Shown in pieces: positions 38,601-52,100 of a DNA stretch of 64,000 nt. Made by a program: the position numbers and the translations under genes. Location: contig CM082583.2 of NCBI GenBank assembly GCA_040954595.2, positions 10,925,656-10,989,655 of the forward strand, in the 5' to 3' direction. Each line of letters starts with the position of its first letter. The stretch's first letter is position 1. The stretch is from Balanoglossus misakiensis. Its lineage: Eukaryota > Animalia > Hemichordata. The notes under the pieces were generated by a model that saw nothing but the letters and a program-made list of their open reading frames with translations, did no database searches and was not told where the DNA came from.

Positions 38601-41600
38601 TAACATGTACTTGTTTCTATGTAAGAATTATTGTGAAGATGAGTTTCTCTTTGCCAATGTCATTTTGGAGATATAAAGGAGTTCTCCTCATTTGTGTAAT
38701 AACAATGATCATGTTGCAAAAATGGGATCATTAAAATTTATAAAAAAATACGTTCCTTCCTTTGAAAGGAATTAAGTAGACAGAGTTTCCATTTCATATG
38801 GATTTTTCAATTTTCTTAGTCAGTGCCATGAAACTTCTTTGCTATAAAAATGAAGAGCATATCTCTGATGATTAATTTTGTAAATGTCATCTGAGTAAAA
38901 GAGTTCTATATTTGGAGCAGAAGTTTAATTGATTTGACAGCAAAAAAATCAGAATATAATTTGAGATGAGCTTACCAGTAGTGGTACAGTAGCAATGAGT
39001 CGAATCCCACTTAATGTGCTGGTGGTGCGTCTCTTTCCTGGTGAGAACTCGCTTGGTGAAATGTACGTCTTGTGCTCCACTATGTTCCACTGTTGACAGA
39101 CTTTGTTACTACCAGAGCCGTGCGGCTTAGTCTTGCCGTGCAACACAATAAGCAATGTACTCTATGCTGAGCTGTGATTAATGGGAAAGAAATCACTTAA
39201 GTACCATAATGCCCTCCGATCCAAATATACAATGAGAGGGGAGACAAAAAAAATATCAGATGGATTTTTGTGGAGTGGTTGTCGTAGCCGAGAGCTGGAA
39301 TGCCACGAAACCTGAAGTGTTGATTGAGGAGAGATATCAGATCAGTGTTGAAGCATTGGTTTGTAAGGACACTTCTGTGAATGTGCTCTGGCTGGCTAAG
39401 CTCCGTCAGTGGTTAGCGTCATAATTCAATATGTGTTGCATGGTAAACAGGTCTGCAGGATACTCTCTGCTGATTGGATATTGTTGCGGATCCCCATTCA
39501 AGATCATTTTGATTTTCCATGGCAATCACCGAGTACCAACCATGAATGCAGCGAGGGGGGACACTAACTCTTGACCCCAATCTTCCTATTTCAGTCTCTT
39601 GCAGTGATTTCTTTTCCTGTGTACCCAGGTAATGGCTTATTCGCAGCTTTTGTGCTCTCTCCCTAAGCAAGTATGACTTACTGCTTGCTTTTTACAGGTG
39701 AACTGCTTAAACCTTTACCCTCTGTTCGGAAATTCATTGAATCTGACCCAAATAAAGGAGTCAGGTTTATTCTGGGACAATAGCAAGAACAAAAAAACCT
39801 GGCCATTTGTGTCCGACCCGAATGAAATACAGTTTTTACTTCTCAAAAGCTATGATTTTAGACTGAGTTATGATGGACCCCCGGATCGCTCTGGCTACTT
39901 TGAGCGCACAGTTAAAGCTATGAGAATAAGTGGTTGATTTGAATATTAATAGAGAGGGGACACATGTAGAGCCAAGAGTGACAAACAACCATTGACAAGG
40001 ATTCCCTGTATTCTTCAATGGATGTAATACTGTTGTCCCACGACCACAATGCCTGAGAGATATCCCCTGTCACTGTAGGCTAAATGCTGCTTTCAGCGCC
40101 CACAGCTTAATAAAACAGAAACAACAATGAGGCATTTTCCACATGATTGGATCAAAATACAAAGACAACAAGAGAGAAACAGCTTTAACTGTATCTTCTT
40201 AGCATTATCGTTGACAGATATGTGTTGAGAGAGATTCATTCACAGAATATGTGCAAAAGGATCACCAGTTTTATGACCAGGTTTAGAAAATCCACCAACC
40301 CAAAACATGGATCCTAAGTTATAGCTATTTGTCACCACTGGGGAAAAACTGTCCTCAGAGAGTCTGCGATTTGAGAAAGAACCTTAAATTTTATTGCTTC
40401 ATTCCCATTTAATTTACATATGGATGTGACATAATATAAGACGCCATGATAATTGTTAAGATTTTGTCCTTTTCAGAGAAAATTCAGCTCAGCAGTTTTA
40501 GAGACACTTAAAGGCACACAGAAATTACTGGCAATAATTTTGAGCATGAATGCAAAACTGATGGAATGGTTCCAACACTTGTCTTTATGTAGGAGTGATC
40601 TCAGTTTGAGAATGTTGTAAAGACTTTCTTCTAATTGAGTAATAAGACTAGAATGAGCTAGACAAACATGCTTTTAAAAGGGTTTCAATTGGCAAAGAGG
40701 ACCACAAGTCGTAACTCTGATTTTTTTATGATTGGACCATTGAGGACAAGGTCGATAGAAACCCTGCCACCAAGTGTGTATCACTGTTGTCAGTCAGGGT
40801 CCATTTCCTTCACCTCAGTGTTCCCAAGCATTTGTTTATGCAATCGTAAATCAGATTCCGTTGATTTGTCTTCTGCTGTGAAGCATGGAGGATAGAGTAT
40901 TTCCTTTTGTGGTTTGTTTGTTGTGGTTTTTTTGCACTGTAATTCCCTAGAGTGTCTCCACACCCCCAGGCTGTTGTTTTATGACACTGAGAAATTCTAC
41001 AAACCAATGACAGGTTAGACATTTAACTGGAATGAGGTCAGAGTTGAGATGAGTAATGTTTATCCCTAACCTATTGGTAGTCAAGAGATTGGAAGGACAA
41101 GTAGAAAAACTGTTTTAAAATGTACACCGTCTTGTCTTGTGATAAATGCGGTCACTGGAGGTATTTATTCATTGCAAAATTATGCAGATTGCATGAATAC
41201 ATCATTTATTATATGTTCTCTTCAGTGAAAACTTGCCCATTGCTATTTTGAAAATTAATTGCTAAGTGTGTTTTTATATTAAAATGAAACCGCAATATAG
41301 TTTGTGGTGTAATTGAATAAGTGCCTGGTTTGATTGAATTAAATCCTTGGAAAACTTTACTGCCATAGGCTTTCCTGCACTGTCCCTGACGTGGCATTCC
41401 AGATTCCTTTGACCAATACTTGTCATCTTTTTGTCTGGAAAATTTGACTATATGAATGCAGTTGTGTTGCATGGAAAATGGAGAATAGTTACGAGGAATA
41501 AATTTACCAGAATATGAGGACTTATTAGATTCTGTAGTTTAATTTTCCACTTAGAAATATCTTGTCTTTGTTTCCCATACAGTGTCATTTTCCAGTGATA

Positions 41601-44600
41601 ATCGGTTTCTATGGTGCATTCTTTGCTGAAAACAGAATCTCAATATGTACAGAATATATGGATGGTGAGTAAAAATATTTAATCGTATGATTTCATTTGC
41701 AGGGCCTGTTTTTGGCCTTGTCAACTGGTCCAATCAATAAATTAGAGAATTGGGTTTTTAATAAATAAGTCACTTTAAAAGTGACGATCACATACAAGAA
41801 AACAGATGCTTGAGTGGTTTAATTGTAATCATGTTCATTAATTTTGCCTTGAACTTCACCTATGATTGAAAAAAAACATTAGCATGCAAATCTGTATTTT
41901 AATCTGATATGCAGCGTAACTTATGAAATTGGTGACCCTAATTTTTCAGGGACAGTTAATGAAACTGTAGTAATTGACAAGACTGAATTGCTGTTGATGC
42001 TTCCACTGTGCAAATTTCATGTACATGTATGATGTTATAAGATACATTTGATACAGATCTGTTCAAAAGATGTGTTATTTTTACAGGGGGTTCATTGGAA
42101 ATGTATGGCTCTATACCAGAACCAGTGTTGGGAAGAATTGCTGTGTCCGTAAGTAGTGTATCATTCACACAGGCATTAATAAAGATCTAGAAAGACCATT
42201 TGATTTATTATAAAAAGCATGTTGGGAGAGTGTAGTCTTGTAGTTGAATTCTGTTTAACAACAAACATACAGAATCTTAGAAGTCATATTTCAAACACAC
42301 CTTGAAGGAATGTTTGTTCCCTGACATTTCCCAGATTGTTAAAGGCCTGAATTATTTATGGAGTCTGAAAATTATGCACAGAGGTGAGTAATAATTTACA
42401 CTCAGTTTTTTCTGCCATAGATTCCCTAAATTCTCCAAAGGAAATAAACCATTGCAATGTTGCAATTTCTCAAATTCCAGCCAAGAGAATTGTTGCCATT
42501 TCACAGCTTAGATCTGTATGTTTCTGTTGAGAATAAAGTAAAACATCTGGACTATATTTGACAGTGATTTGTGTTCACAGCATTGTATCTTTTGAGTTAA
42601 CATCTGCAGACTGATTTGATCTATCTGTGGACACATGAAACATTGATGTCTGTGAACTGTGTGTGTCTGCAAGATACACAAGGTTATGATTTAGTGTCAT
42701 TTTCTCAGAAATCTGCAATTACGATAGTAGTATATCAAGTGAAAATGGTAATCGTGAAACTCTACTTGATTTCAGATGTCAAGCCATCGAATATCTTAGT
42801 CAGCACCAGAGGAGAAGTGAAACTGTGTGATTTTGGTGTGAGCGCACAACTGATCAACTCAATCACACAAACTTACGTGGGAACAAATGCATATATGGCA
42901 GTAAGTCTACTGGATTCTAATCAAAGTTTGAAACTGACCCATACCTTGGTCTTCACTGGTTTTCCATCATATTCAAGTACATTGTATTTGTCTTGTATTC
43001 GATAAAATCTTTTGCTACAAAATGTCATTTTTATTTTTTCATATGCCTATTGTTCATTGTCTACAGCCGGAGAGAGTCCTTGGTGATCAGTATGGTGTTC
43101 CCTCTGATGTGTGGAGTCTCGGAGTCAGTCTGTTGGAAGTAAGATACTGTTGGCAAACACTGTGTCATTCTTGCTGTAAAATTTCCAATTGACCAAAGTA
43201 ACAGAAACTGATGTTCTGTATTATAAAAAGTCAAATTTTATTTCTCTGTTTTATCCACAGATAGCTCTGGGGAGGTTTCCATATCCGGTGAGTATGGCAT
43301 TAATTTTATGTCAAAACTCTTTCAATTTAAACATCCTGAATATCAAAATGAATACAGTTCGAATCCTCATTGGAAAATGTTTGACGAGTTAGGGGATCTC
43401 AGCTGGATTTTCACTATTTGCTGTCAATAACTATGGGATCATGTACATAAATCTACCAACCATGGTTGAGGTGATGTCTCTGTGTTCGTGTTTAGTCTTC
43501 TTGTAACCATGGTGATGCATACCACACTGACAGTTTACTCTCTCTTTTTGTCTCTTTCCAGACGACCCCACGAGAGCAAGAATTATCTGTAAGGCTTTCC
43601 GTAAATCTTTTTTTTATTCTGAGTATTCATCAGACTGAATCAGATACAGAGGTGGTTGTTGTATAATTGTCTCAGTACAGTACAACAATGTAGGGATAAC
43701 TAACCCTTGCCAGATAACAAATGTCTTCTAATTTTGTAAGATGAGTTTGACCTAAGTACAGAACTAATTTATGTCATTAAAATGCAAAGACTTTGAGCTG
43801 CCTGATAAAACTTCTTCTCCGCCCGACTTAACCTGTAATGACCTTTTTTGACACTCTAATGAAGAATGATGGATCATCCGAAGCAGTAACGTATATTTTA
43901 ATCTAGAGGTGCATTTTTTTTATTTTTCAGGCCATAGATCTTTTACAATGTATCGTCCATGAGGTGAGTAGCGCTACATATCAAAGATAGTTGTGTGTGA
44001 AGGATTAGATATGTTGTATTAGTGTCCTTGAAATGGGTTTGATCACAGCATTTCGATATTAAATGCTTAATCAAATATAATCCTGTGCGGTTCTCAGTTG
44101 TAATCAGTGCGAATGTTGTTTTTTATCAGAGATACATGAAATAGGTGTAAGATGAGAGTAAATCATCGTAGAGACAGAATGAATGGAGATATCGGAGTTG
44201 GATGTCAGTACCATGATTTGTTTTCTTGTCTTTTTCTTTTCAGAATCCACCACGGTTGCCCAGAAATCAATTTTCAGAGCAGTTTGCTGACTTTATAGAA
44301 CACTGGTAAGTTGTTCTGTGCATGTATATGTACTGTGTATGTACAAGTGGGGATAATGCATTACGTATCAATCTGGTGCTTTGGTGTTACCATGATTGCC
44401 ATGGCATGTTGTTTTCACTGTGTAACTACTTCCACTTCATTTATTTCACAAGTTCTTAATTTTAATGCAAACAAACTAGTTGCCTATATCCTTCACACTT
44501 CAGTAATAATTGACAATCTCAATCTCTCATGTTCACATTTGTTGTTCAAACGATCAATCACCCATAAACTCACTATATAGAAGCACAGGACCGCCTTCAA

Positions 44601-44829
44601 TCAGGACATGCTGTAACAACATAGATATAAATGTCTGTCTTTGTTGTTATCTTGCAGCATGCAAAAGTCACCTACTAAGAGACCAAAACCTGAGGCCCTA
44701 ATGAAGCATGATTTTATCCAGATGTACGACGATGGTACTATGCAAATCATTGCACAGTGGGTTTGCAGGAAATTGGAAGAAATTCGACAACAGAAACTAG
44801 CACTAGCAGAACACCAAGTCATGATGTGA
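23634..44829 (+). CDS. MAP2K5: Dual-specificity MAP kinase kinase 5 (MEK5), PB1 plus kinase domain, about 19 coding exons; intron 9 = 26758-41582
   Basis: PB1 [17 protein letters not shown] and [17 protein letters not shown]. Kinase motifs [86 protein letters not shown] and ALGRFPYP. Confidence 0.96.
28493..28825 (-). other. In-frame open extension (110 codons) immediately 3' of the C1q gene stop: Ser/Thr-rich stalk plus hydrophobic C-terminal tail; candidate readthrough region
   Basis: Minus strand reads CCC TTG TGA CAA CTT ATG CAT..., open to TAA at 28495-28493 and ending [32 protein letters not shown]. Confidence 0.6.
28603..28668. repeat. 18-bp tandem repeat (TTGAATTATCTGAGATTA, about 3.7 copies) encoding DNSI(I/T)S on the minus strand
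   Basis: Units start at 28603, 28621, 28639 and 28657 (partial). Confidence 0.9.
28826..29752 (-). CDS. Secreted collagen- and C1q-domain protein (C1QTNF/CTRP/adiponectin-like); single coding exon, nested antisense in MAP2K5 intron 9
   Basis: Signal peptide [29 protein letters not shown], about 35 Gly-X-Y triplets, then gC1q motifs [50 protein letters not shown] and FSGFLLF. Confidence 0.93.
   Translation of the reverse strand: MAWHSVLVMSLLLVTIVTANSDAEEELIKPGRKRKRDQCLPCCEKGDMGMPGPTGLQGVQGMYGTPGENGTPGLPGTPGIPGSPGLLGPKGDKGDNGGQGPPGVTGPSGQHGSSGPSGPPGPQGPPGEKGAPGEKGEPGLKGEPGLTGTLGSGTAAGWTAPPVKVQTSLFNQPKSAFTAIRTSSLTGHNDRGKDVTFDTVITNVGGHFDGITGRFTCAINGTYFFTFHIVHNRDTQVMLVKNNDRQVSVHGDAGNTTRESYSNSAVLQLVVGDQVWLKLGSSHSLTSNTEKLTSFSGFLLFAEQVVPL
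33718..33746. repeat. (ATG/GTG)n trinucleotide microsatellite
   Basis: atgatgatgatgatgatggtgatggtgat read directly. Confidence 0.7.
34884..34942. repeat. Degenerate (CA)n-rich microsatellite
   Basis: atacacacatgtaacacacagacacattcatgcacacacacatgtgcacgcacacat read directly. Confidence 0.6.
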
Positions 44830-46152
44830 TTTTTGTGAGATAATCAAATCATGAAAAATGAGGGAAAACACAGCAATATAGTTATCTGCTCACAACATGT
44901 CATTTGTAAAATTCTCACACATTACTCATGTACAATTCCACATATTGTAGTTTTGTGTAAGGATGAACTGTACCCAGGGGAGTGATAAATAATACCCTAT
45001 GAATTACTGAGAGAGTTGATAACTCTGGTGAGCAGTTTACTATCACTGACTCCAGGGGGCGCTGTTCCCAACTTGAAATCTCCACAGTTGCTACAAGTAG
45101 AATGTTTCATTTCTTAGTTTACAATACGTACAAAAATCACATATAGTCCTAGACCGATGTTATACGCCATGACAGTTGTGATTTTCAATTTTTTACTGGC
45201 CTAGCCTGGAGGTTGGTCACGATATCTCAGTGAGTATTAAATGTGTAGAGCATGTATTCTGTGAATATCACAGGGCATTTTGTGTAGACATATTCTGTAG
45301 TTTTCACTTATTTTGTGGCATTTAATTGCTTTATACATGTAGGTATCAAAAAGTTCAAAGACGTTACATCTTGAGAGAAATCATGTTACAAGAAATTGTG
45401 CCTTCGTGATAGTACATTGTACCCGTCCAATTGTCCTGGCAATTTACAAGCTGATCTTTCCTTACATATACTCAGTGTACATTGGCTGTTTTCCACTATT
45501 CTGAGCCAACCCATCCTTAATATGTCCATGACAGCAGTTACTGCAAACAGTGGCATCAGTCTACGTGAATGAAACATGTCAAACCCACGGAGAGTATCAC
45601 TTAATAACTGCCAGCTTGCCCTAATGGATAATAACCTGAACTTTTATTGTAAACGACGTAATGACTAATAAAAGGAGTAATATCATGAAGAACATATTTT
45701 GTGTGTGAATGGGTCCAGTAGCATTTGCAGGTGCAAATGAAATTGGTAATCAATGGGTGGAACTCTCACCAGGAAAATAAAAAAAATCCTCCGGTCCCAC
45801 CCTGGAAGTAACTTCTGAACAGTCTCTTATACACTGTGGCGCTGCTTTTCAGGTCGTGCCCATTTTAGTGACGAACTGCTTTTCAACATCTGCACTTGGA
45901 TAAGAATACAAATGGCCGAGTTAAACACTGGACAAAACGTGCCACAATGACACGGAGCGACTTGTTAACACTGCTTCTTTTGTCCTTTTCCATTTCAAGA
46001 GTAGACAGTATTGAAAGTTCACAAGCTTTCACCTCGGGTTCACCTGGTGTAAAAGGTATAGTACCGTATTCCGACTGCACCCGTTTTCTATTGTTCAAGA
46101 ACTGTTTATATGAACCTAGTCGCCATTGCAGATATAGAACACGTAGGAAGCG

Positions 46153-49100
46153 ATGTCTGAGATCGAAAGCATCGAGGATGACATAAAACCGACAGAATGT
46201 CGATCAGCAAGTCTTGCAGACGACAATCTTACATCCACACTAGAAGTGGAGGCAGTAGTCATTGAAAACCCGTCCAAGAAAGTAGAGCAGAGAGAGAAGG
46301 AAAGTGGGAGAGAATTGCAAATGGAAGAAGGCAAAGTGGTTATTTCGCCCCAGAAGACTGGAAGTACGGCGGTTCATGATCAGTCGATTGAAGTTGAAGG
46401 TGTAGTTATCGAAAATCCACGTCACATACCAGGTATAAGAGTCACAAAATATGTTCCAAAGCAAACGACCCCAACTTTTCCATACTACTAAAAATAGTGG
46501 TCAAATCTTAGTGTGTAATGAACATTTGGAAGTCTTGTGTTGAAGAATTAGTCAAATTTCGGATGCAATTGTATCTTAAGTTATATTAGCTCTCATAATG
46601 GAAACCCTCTGTCACTTCGGGGCCCTAACTGGTGACGTAGTTTGCCGCTACGAAGACCAAAGATAATAAGTGTTGTCGACACAAAAACCATGGGCGTTAC
46701 CCTACTTCATTTCTTTCACGTAAAACATGCGTACGTAAATTCCCAGGGAAAATAATTAGTTGTTTGGCGTCTGCTAATATTGTTCATTTGGTTATTGTCA
46801 GGTCTGAAACGATCACGGAAACAACGGTCATGGCAGGGATTTGCAGGACAGAAGAGAGGAGCAAAAGTGGTTGCCGAATTTGACGGACAAAATGTTCAGT
46901 TTGTGAAAAGTAAATTAGACAACTCGGAGGTATGTAACCTTTGACATATCTCGAGTGATTTCACCAACATATACTCGTTGTCAACGGCCCGAAATTGCTA
47001 TTTCAAATCAAATCGAACTTCTCTCATTTTTTTCTCAGACAAAATGGAGCAGGCATTTACATGACCTTGTCAACGACAAAGACGTAGAGCAGTTGGAATA
47101 CGCGTTGAAATGTAAACCAAACTTTGAACACGGTAAGTCGACCCATGCAAATCCGAACTGTTGCCTATTTTGCTTATGAAAGGTCTAAGTTGCATGATTG
47201 GTTTCTCTGCACCTGTCTGTAGACAAGGACAACCATAGTACACGACTTGTGTTGCATTCTCTAGACCGGCGATGTCTCAGGATGATTAATTGCCACCCAA
47301 GTTACATTTGAAGAACTTCCTTCATGTTATCTCAGTAAATGTCTAGCTGTTTCTATACCACTGATCTATCGCCGTTTAGATATCAGTAGCGATGTTGACG
47401 ATGAAGGACGGACATTGCTCCAAAAGGCCGTACAGAACAGAAGTGCCAAATCTGTTGAAGTCTTGATGCGGTATGGAGCAGACTCTGCCAAACCATTGGT
47501 CAATACCACAGAAAATCTACTACACGAAGCTGTGCGGGCCGGAAATGTCAAAATCATGCACGTATGTTATAAATGATAACATCATCAAAATTTGCCTTCT
47601 TACACATTTAGCTGTCATTAGGACAGCCTCACAGTATATGTCAAACTTTCGTTTATAATCCCCCACAGATGATTCTGAAATGCTCGGATGTGGACGTTAA
47701 TTTGAAAGGAGAAGACGACAGAACGCCCCTCCATCTTGCCGTCACCATGACAACTGATATGGACATCATAGAGGAGATGGTAGTCACCCTTTTTAATTTC
47801 TTTACAGAAACGTCACTTTTCTGTGGATTGAGGCATGGTCTATAGAAAGCCTATCGTAATTAACTCCAAAATTCTATCCGTCACACCACGTGATACAATA
47901 TATTCATGATGTGATCAGTCTATCGTAATTGCGGTAACTGGAATGAATTTATGTAGTTTTTGTTCTTTTTCATTCAGGTTGAACGCGGTGCAAAGGTCAA
48001 TGCTAAGGACATTAATGGAAGAACTCCAGTAATTCTAGCAACAGAGAAAGGTCCACCTGCATATCTACGGGATTTTCTGTAAGTCTCAATTATTTTTCCT
48101 TTTGCCTTTCCTATCGATAACGTACTCATGCAAACCTGGACAATACGAATGTGACACTTAGGTGATACCCTATTCTTTTTGCAGGGACCGGTTTTCTGAT
48201 GCAGATGTGAACGAGAGCGACGATTTCGGATACTCGCCTATTTTGATAGCTGCGGCGCACGGTAACCGTCGAAAGGTGGAAATACTTCTAAGTTTCGATG
48301 CAGACATGACAGTACGTGACCACGAAGGAAGAACTGTGATACACAAAGCTGTGGGCAACAAAGAAACTTTGAACATTTTATTAAAGGTGACTGTAACAAG
48401 TATTTCTGCCTTTCTTAGTAAATAGCATGCTCTCAAATTGATTTGCAGATAATTAAACCACTCTGTGTTCTTTCTTATAAGAGGAAGGAATCTTCAGATT
48501 TGGTAGACGTCACTGATGGCCATGGCATGACAGCACTACACCAAGCTGCACAGAAACATCCACAGAGTGTATCATTGTTGCTTGTAAGGAAATTCAACCC
48601 GAACGTCAGAAACAAACGAGAGGAGACTCCCCTGCACATTGCTGCAAGGTAGGCTTAAATTCGACCACATCTGCATGTTTGATCTTCTGGCCAATCACAT
48701 CTGTCTGTCAGTGTGGTCCTTTAGCCGGCCAACCACATCGCTTACAACAGTGATTCTGAATTCTGCATATAAACTTAAAAGAAACACCTGTTACAACGCA
48801 AATGACGTGTAAGTTTCTTTATATGCCATGGGTGTCACACTTATTTGGCGTACATGTACTTGTATTCACCAGGAGTGGTTACATGAGTGCGGTGAAACAG
48901 CTTGCTGATTACGACAAAACTGGAGAGATTATCAATGCCGTTGATCACAGGCAACGAACGTCTCTCCATCTGGCATCGTATTATAATCACGTCGATGTTA
49001 TTTCTTTCCTATTTACGAGAAATGCCAACATAACGAGGTGAGAAATGAACCGTTTCTTGGCGAGGTTGTGAAAGACATGACATTGTTTTGTGTGAAGGCA

Positions 49101-52100
49101 TTTTACCAATCTCTTGATATTTGACCCAAATACTCACTGTCTTTTGGGCACTGACTGTGAGTCTGGTTTCGGTTCTTGTCAAGTTTTACCCCGGTGTTTT
49201 ACTTTGTTTCTTGAAATTCGACATCTGACAGCGATGCCGACGGGTGCCATCCGATTCACGTTGCGGCAAGGAACGGGTCGTTAGAAGCAGTGAAAGCCCT
49301 TCTGAAGAAGAAATCAACGTGGATAGATTTACGAGACGAGAAAATAAAGGTTGGTAACTTTAGTGGGTGAACGCAGGACAGATGTACCCACGTACAGACC
49401 AAGTCCAGTGTGAGCATCACATCCGAGTTGTCAGTAGTCGATGTATAGCAGCAGTATTTGAAATTTGACATCTCTTTCAGAACACCCCTCTTCATCACGC
49501 AGCACACAACGGTCAGTCAAACGTCGCCAAGATGTTACTAGTGCTGGACGCCGCCATTAAAGAGAACAAAGACGACAAGAACTGTCTTGACATAGCAATC
49601 GACAGAGGTCATGAAGGCATTGCAATGGAGATAGCCTCAAGTCGACAGTAAGTTAAAATGGTGATTTTTCTGTTGTCTTCAAAACCCCATGTTTTACATC
49701 GAGGTTGTTTGCCATTGCTTCCTGTTGTCTTCATACCCATTATCCTGATCCTATTGTTTTCGATACCTCTGACAACATTTTTATTTCTCCTTGTTAAACT
49801 GCGAAGATGGAATAAATGCCTTCGTAAGAAAATAAATCCGCAGTTAGCAGTCTTGATTTCGAAGTGGCCGAATGTTGCTGAGGTGAGTTTCATTTGTTTG
49901 CCTTCGCCGCTGTTCGCCGTGATGTTTTTCCTGTATCCTTTACAGATCTTCCACCTTCTCTCGCAATGAAATCAGTAGCCTTCGCCCATTCTGTATGGAT
50001 GAACTATTAGTTCACAATTCATAATTACTCTTCTCTCGCTTCTTTTTACCGCAGAAATTTCTAGACAGGATGAGAAAAGCAGAGAAAGCCGTTGATGACA
50101 TGAAAGTAAGTAAAATGAATAATGAAAAGATTCTCGTAGATGTCTAAATCTGATCAGTCGTTCACTTACTGTACAATACAATATGGTCTCCCTTATAGAT
50201 ATTACATGTCATTTCAACTAAGGCTGGTTTCTTTTACATATGGACTCTCTTTTTCTTCCAGGTCATCAAATATGATTTTGGCTATCTGAAAATACAGCCA
50301 AGTTTGAAAGCAAGCCAGACCCCATTGCAGGTAAAAGTGAACATCTGACCTTAATGGGCCTTTAACGTCATATCCTTTGGTAGGTTTGGAGAATATCGGC
50401 CAAACCTTTTATTGTAATGCCTTCAGTGACTGTGTGTATGTATTTCGTTTTCGACAGGCACTGTACAAGAGCAAACGTTGCATTGGACACGACGTTATTG
50501 TCAAGTATCTTTTATCGTGCTGGTGAGTTGCCAACAATTACATTTTCCATTTCTTTTGTCCTATCCACATAGAAACCTATATAGTTATTCCTGCATTAAT
50601 TTATTTATTGATTTATTTTCCAGGTACAAGTTTGGAGCGAAACTGTTTTTCGTGGGACTATTTTGCAATATTGTGTATGTACTGTTGACAAGTGTTGTGG
50701 TATGGCTAGAATTTCTGAATAGCGCACGACCAAGCAACATGTCGACGACACAGCAGATAGAAATTAACGTAAGAACGCAATCGATGAATTTCCGCTCATT
50801 TAAATTGGTTTATTATTTAACCACCAAGTGATCTATTTATACATATGAATTTTTTTCCGCACAGGAGTCTATCTCCATGCTGGAGAAGATATTTGGTGCA
50901 ATATTGTTAATTATAGCGGGTATCGACATGATCGCAATTATATACACCTTAGTCATACAGGTATGTGCACACGAAATATTTAAAGTTGAACGCGTATCAT
51001 TTCAATCTTAACAACAAATATATAATTACTATCAAATGAGATCATCATACAATACCTCAAAACGTATATATATGTGGCCAATATTAACTTTCTTTCTCTG
51101 ACATTGATTACGTCACTCAGAGACTGGAGGGCATTGACCTTCGTCTGCTGTTGGAGACACTGCAAGACATCACTACAGTTTTATTCATCATATCACTCTA
51201 CGCCAGAGCAGTGATGTCAGCATTTCTGCTTTCCATGGGTCTCCTTGCCGTCTTGGCGGCTTGGCTGGTTCTCCTCTTGCAAATTCAAAGGTGATTGCTT
51301 TTATTATTTCGCCACAGAGAAACCGTTTTCGTGAACCAGAAATGACTACTAGTACCTATTCCAACTTCCATGTCGGAATCATCGATAAAAGTAATGCGAT
51401 CCCTTCTCTCCTCTTTCTCATCTCCCAGGTTACCAATTTTCGGGATTTACTCCACGATGGTGAAGCGATACGTGCAAACCCTACTGAAGACGAGCCCGCT
51501 TCTTCTGTTCCCAGTTATCGGTTTGGGATTTGCTTTTTACATCTTGCTAGCCTCACAGGTTCGGGTAACGTTTTGGCTTGTTGTGTGTTATCAAGTGCAT
51601 CTTTGGTCTATAGGTCCTGGTTTGTCATGTATATGGAAGAAATATGAGTAATTCTATCATGTGCTCGATGTAAAGCGTTAGAATGAACGTTTGTGTCTTT
51701 CTCAGGAAGCTTTTGATTCGGTTCCTCGATCAGTTTTCACCGTAGGAGTAATGATGTTTGGAGAAGTCAACTACGAAGGCAATTTTCTGCGTGGGGTTGA
51801 CACCGTCGTCTATGCAATTACAGTAATAATATTTACACTCTTCATTTTACTCACCGTTCTGATCAGCAATATTGTGGTAAGTTGCATCTGTATAGAACTT
51901 CTAATATTACATTGATTCTCATAAAACCGACTCGTATCTCCTTTTTTCATCAATTGGACTTCGGTAATTCTCTAACCTTTGTCCTATTGACACATTTACA
52001 AAACCTCTCGACGGTCAACAATTTAGGTTGATATTTCAAGTTCCATTATTCCCATGTTCCCAGGCAAGATTTGTTTCATATTTAATTTTGTAAATGTTGT

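Noticed and set aside
38887-39090. N-terminal extension making the C1q protein a type II membrane protein
   Set aside because: The in-frame join exists only with an unproven splice and a GTG start. There is no in-frame ATG.
30000-41500. Short ORFs in the large MAP2K5 intron
   Set aside because: No domain similarity, many non-ATG starts, no consistent exon chain and no transposase or RT motifs.
43858-43910. Possible intronic C/D box snoRNA
   Set aside because: Only an imperfect C box, with no terminal CTGA box or closing stem.
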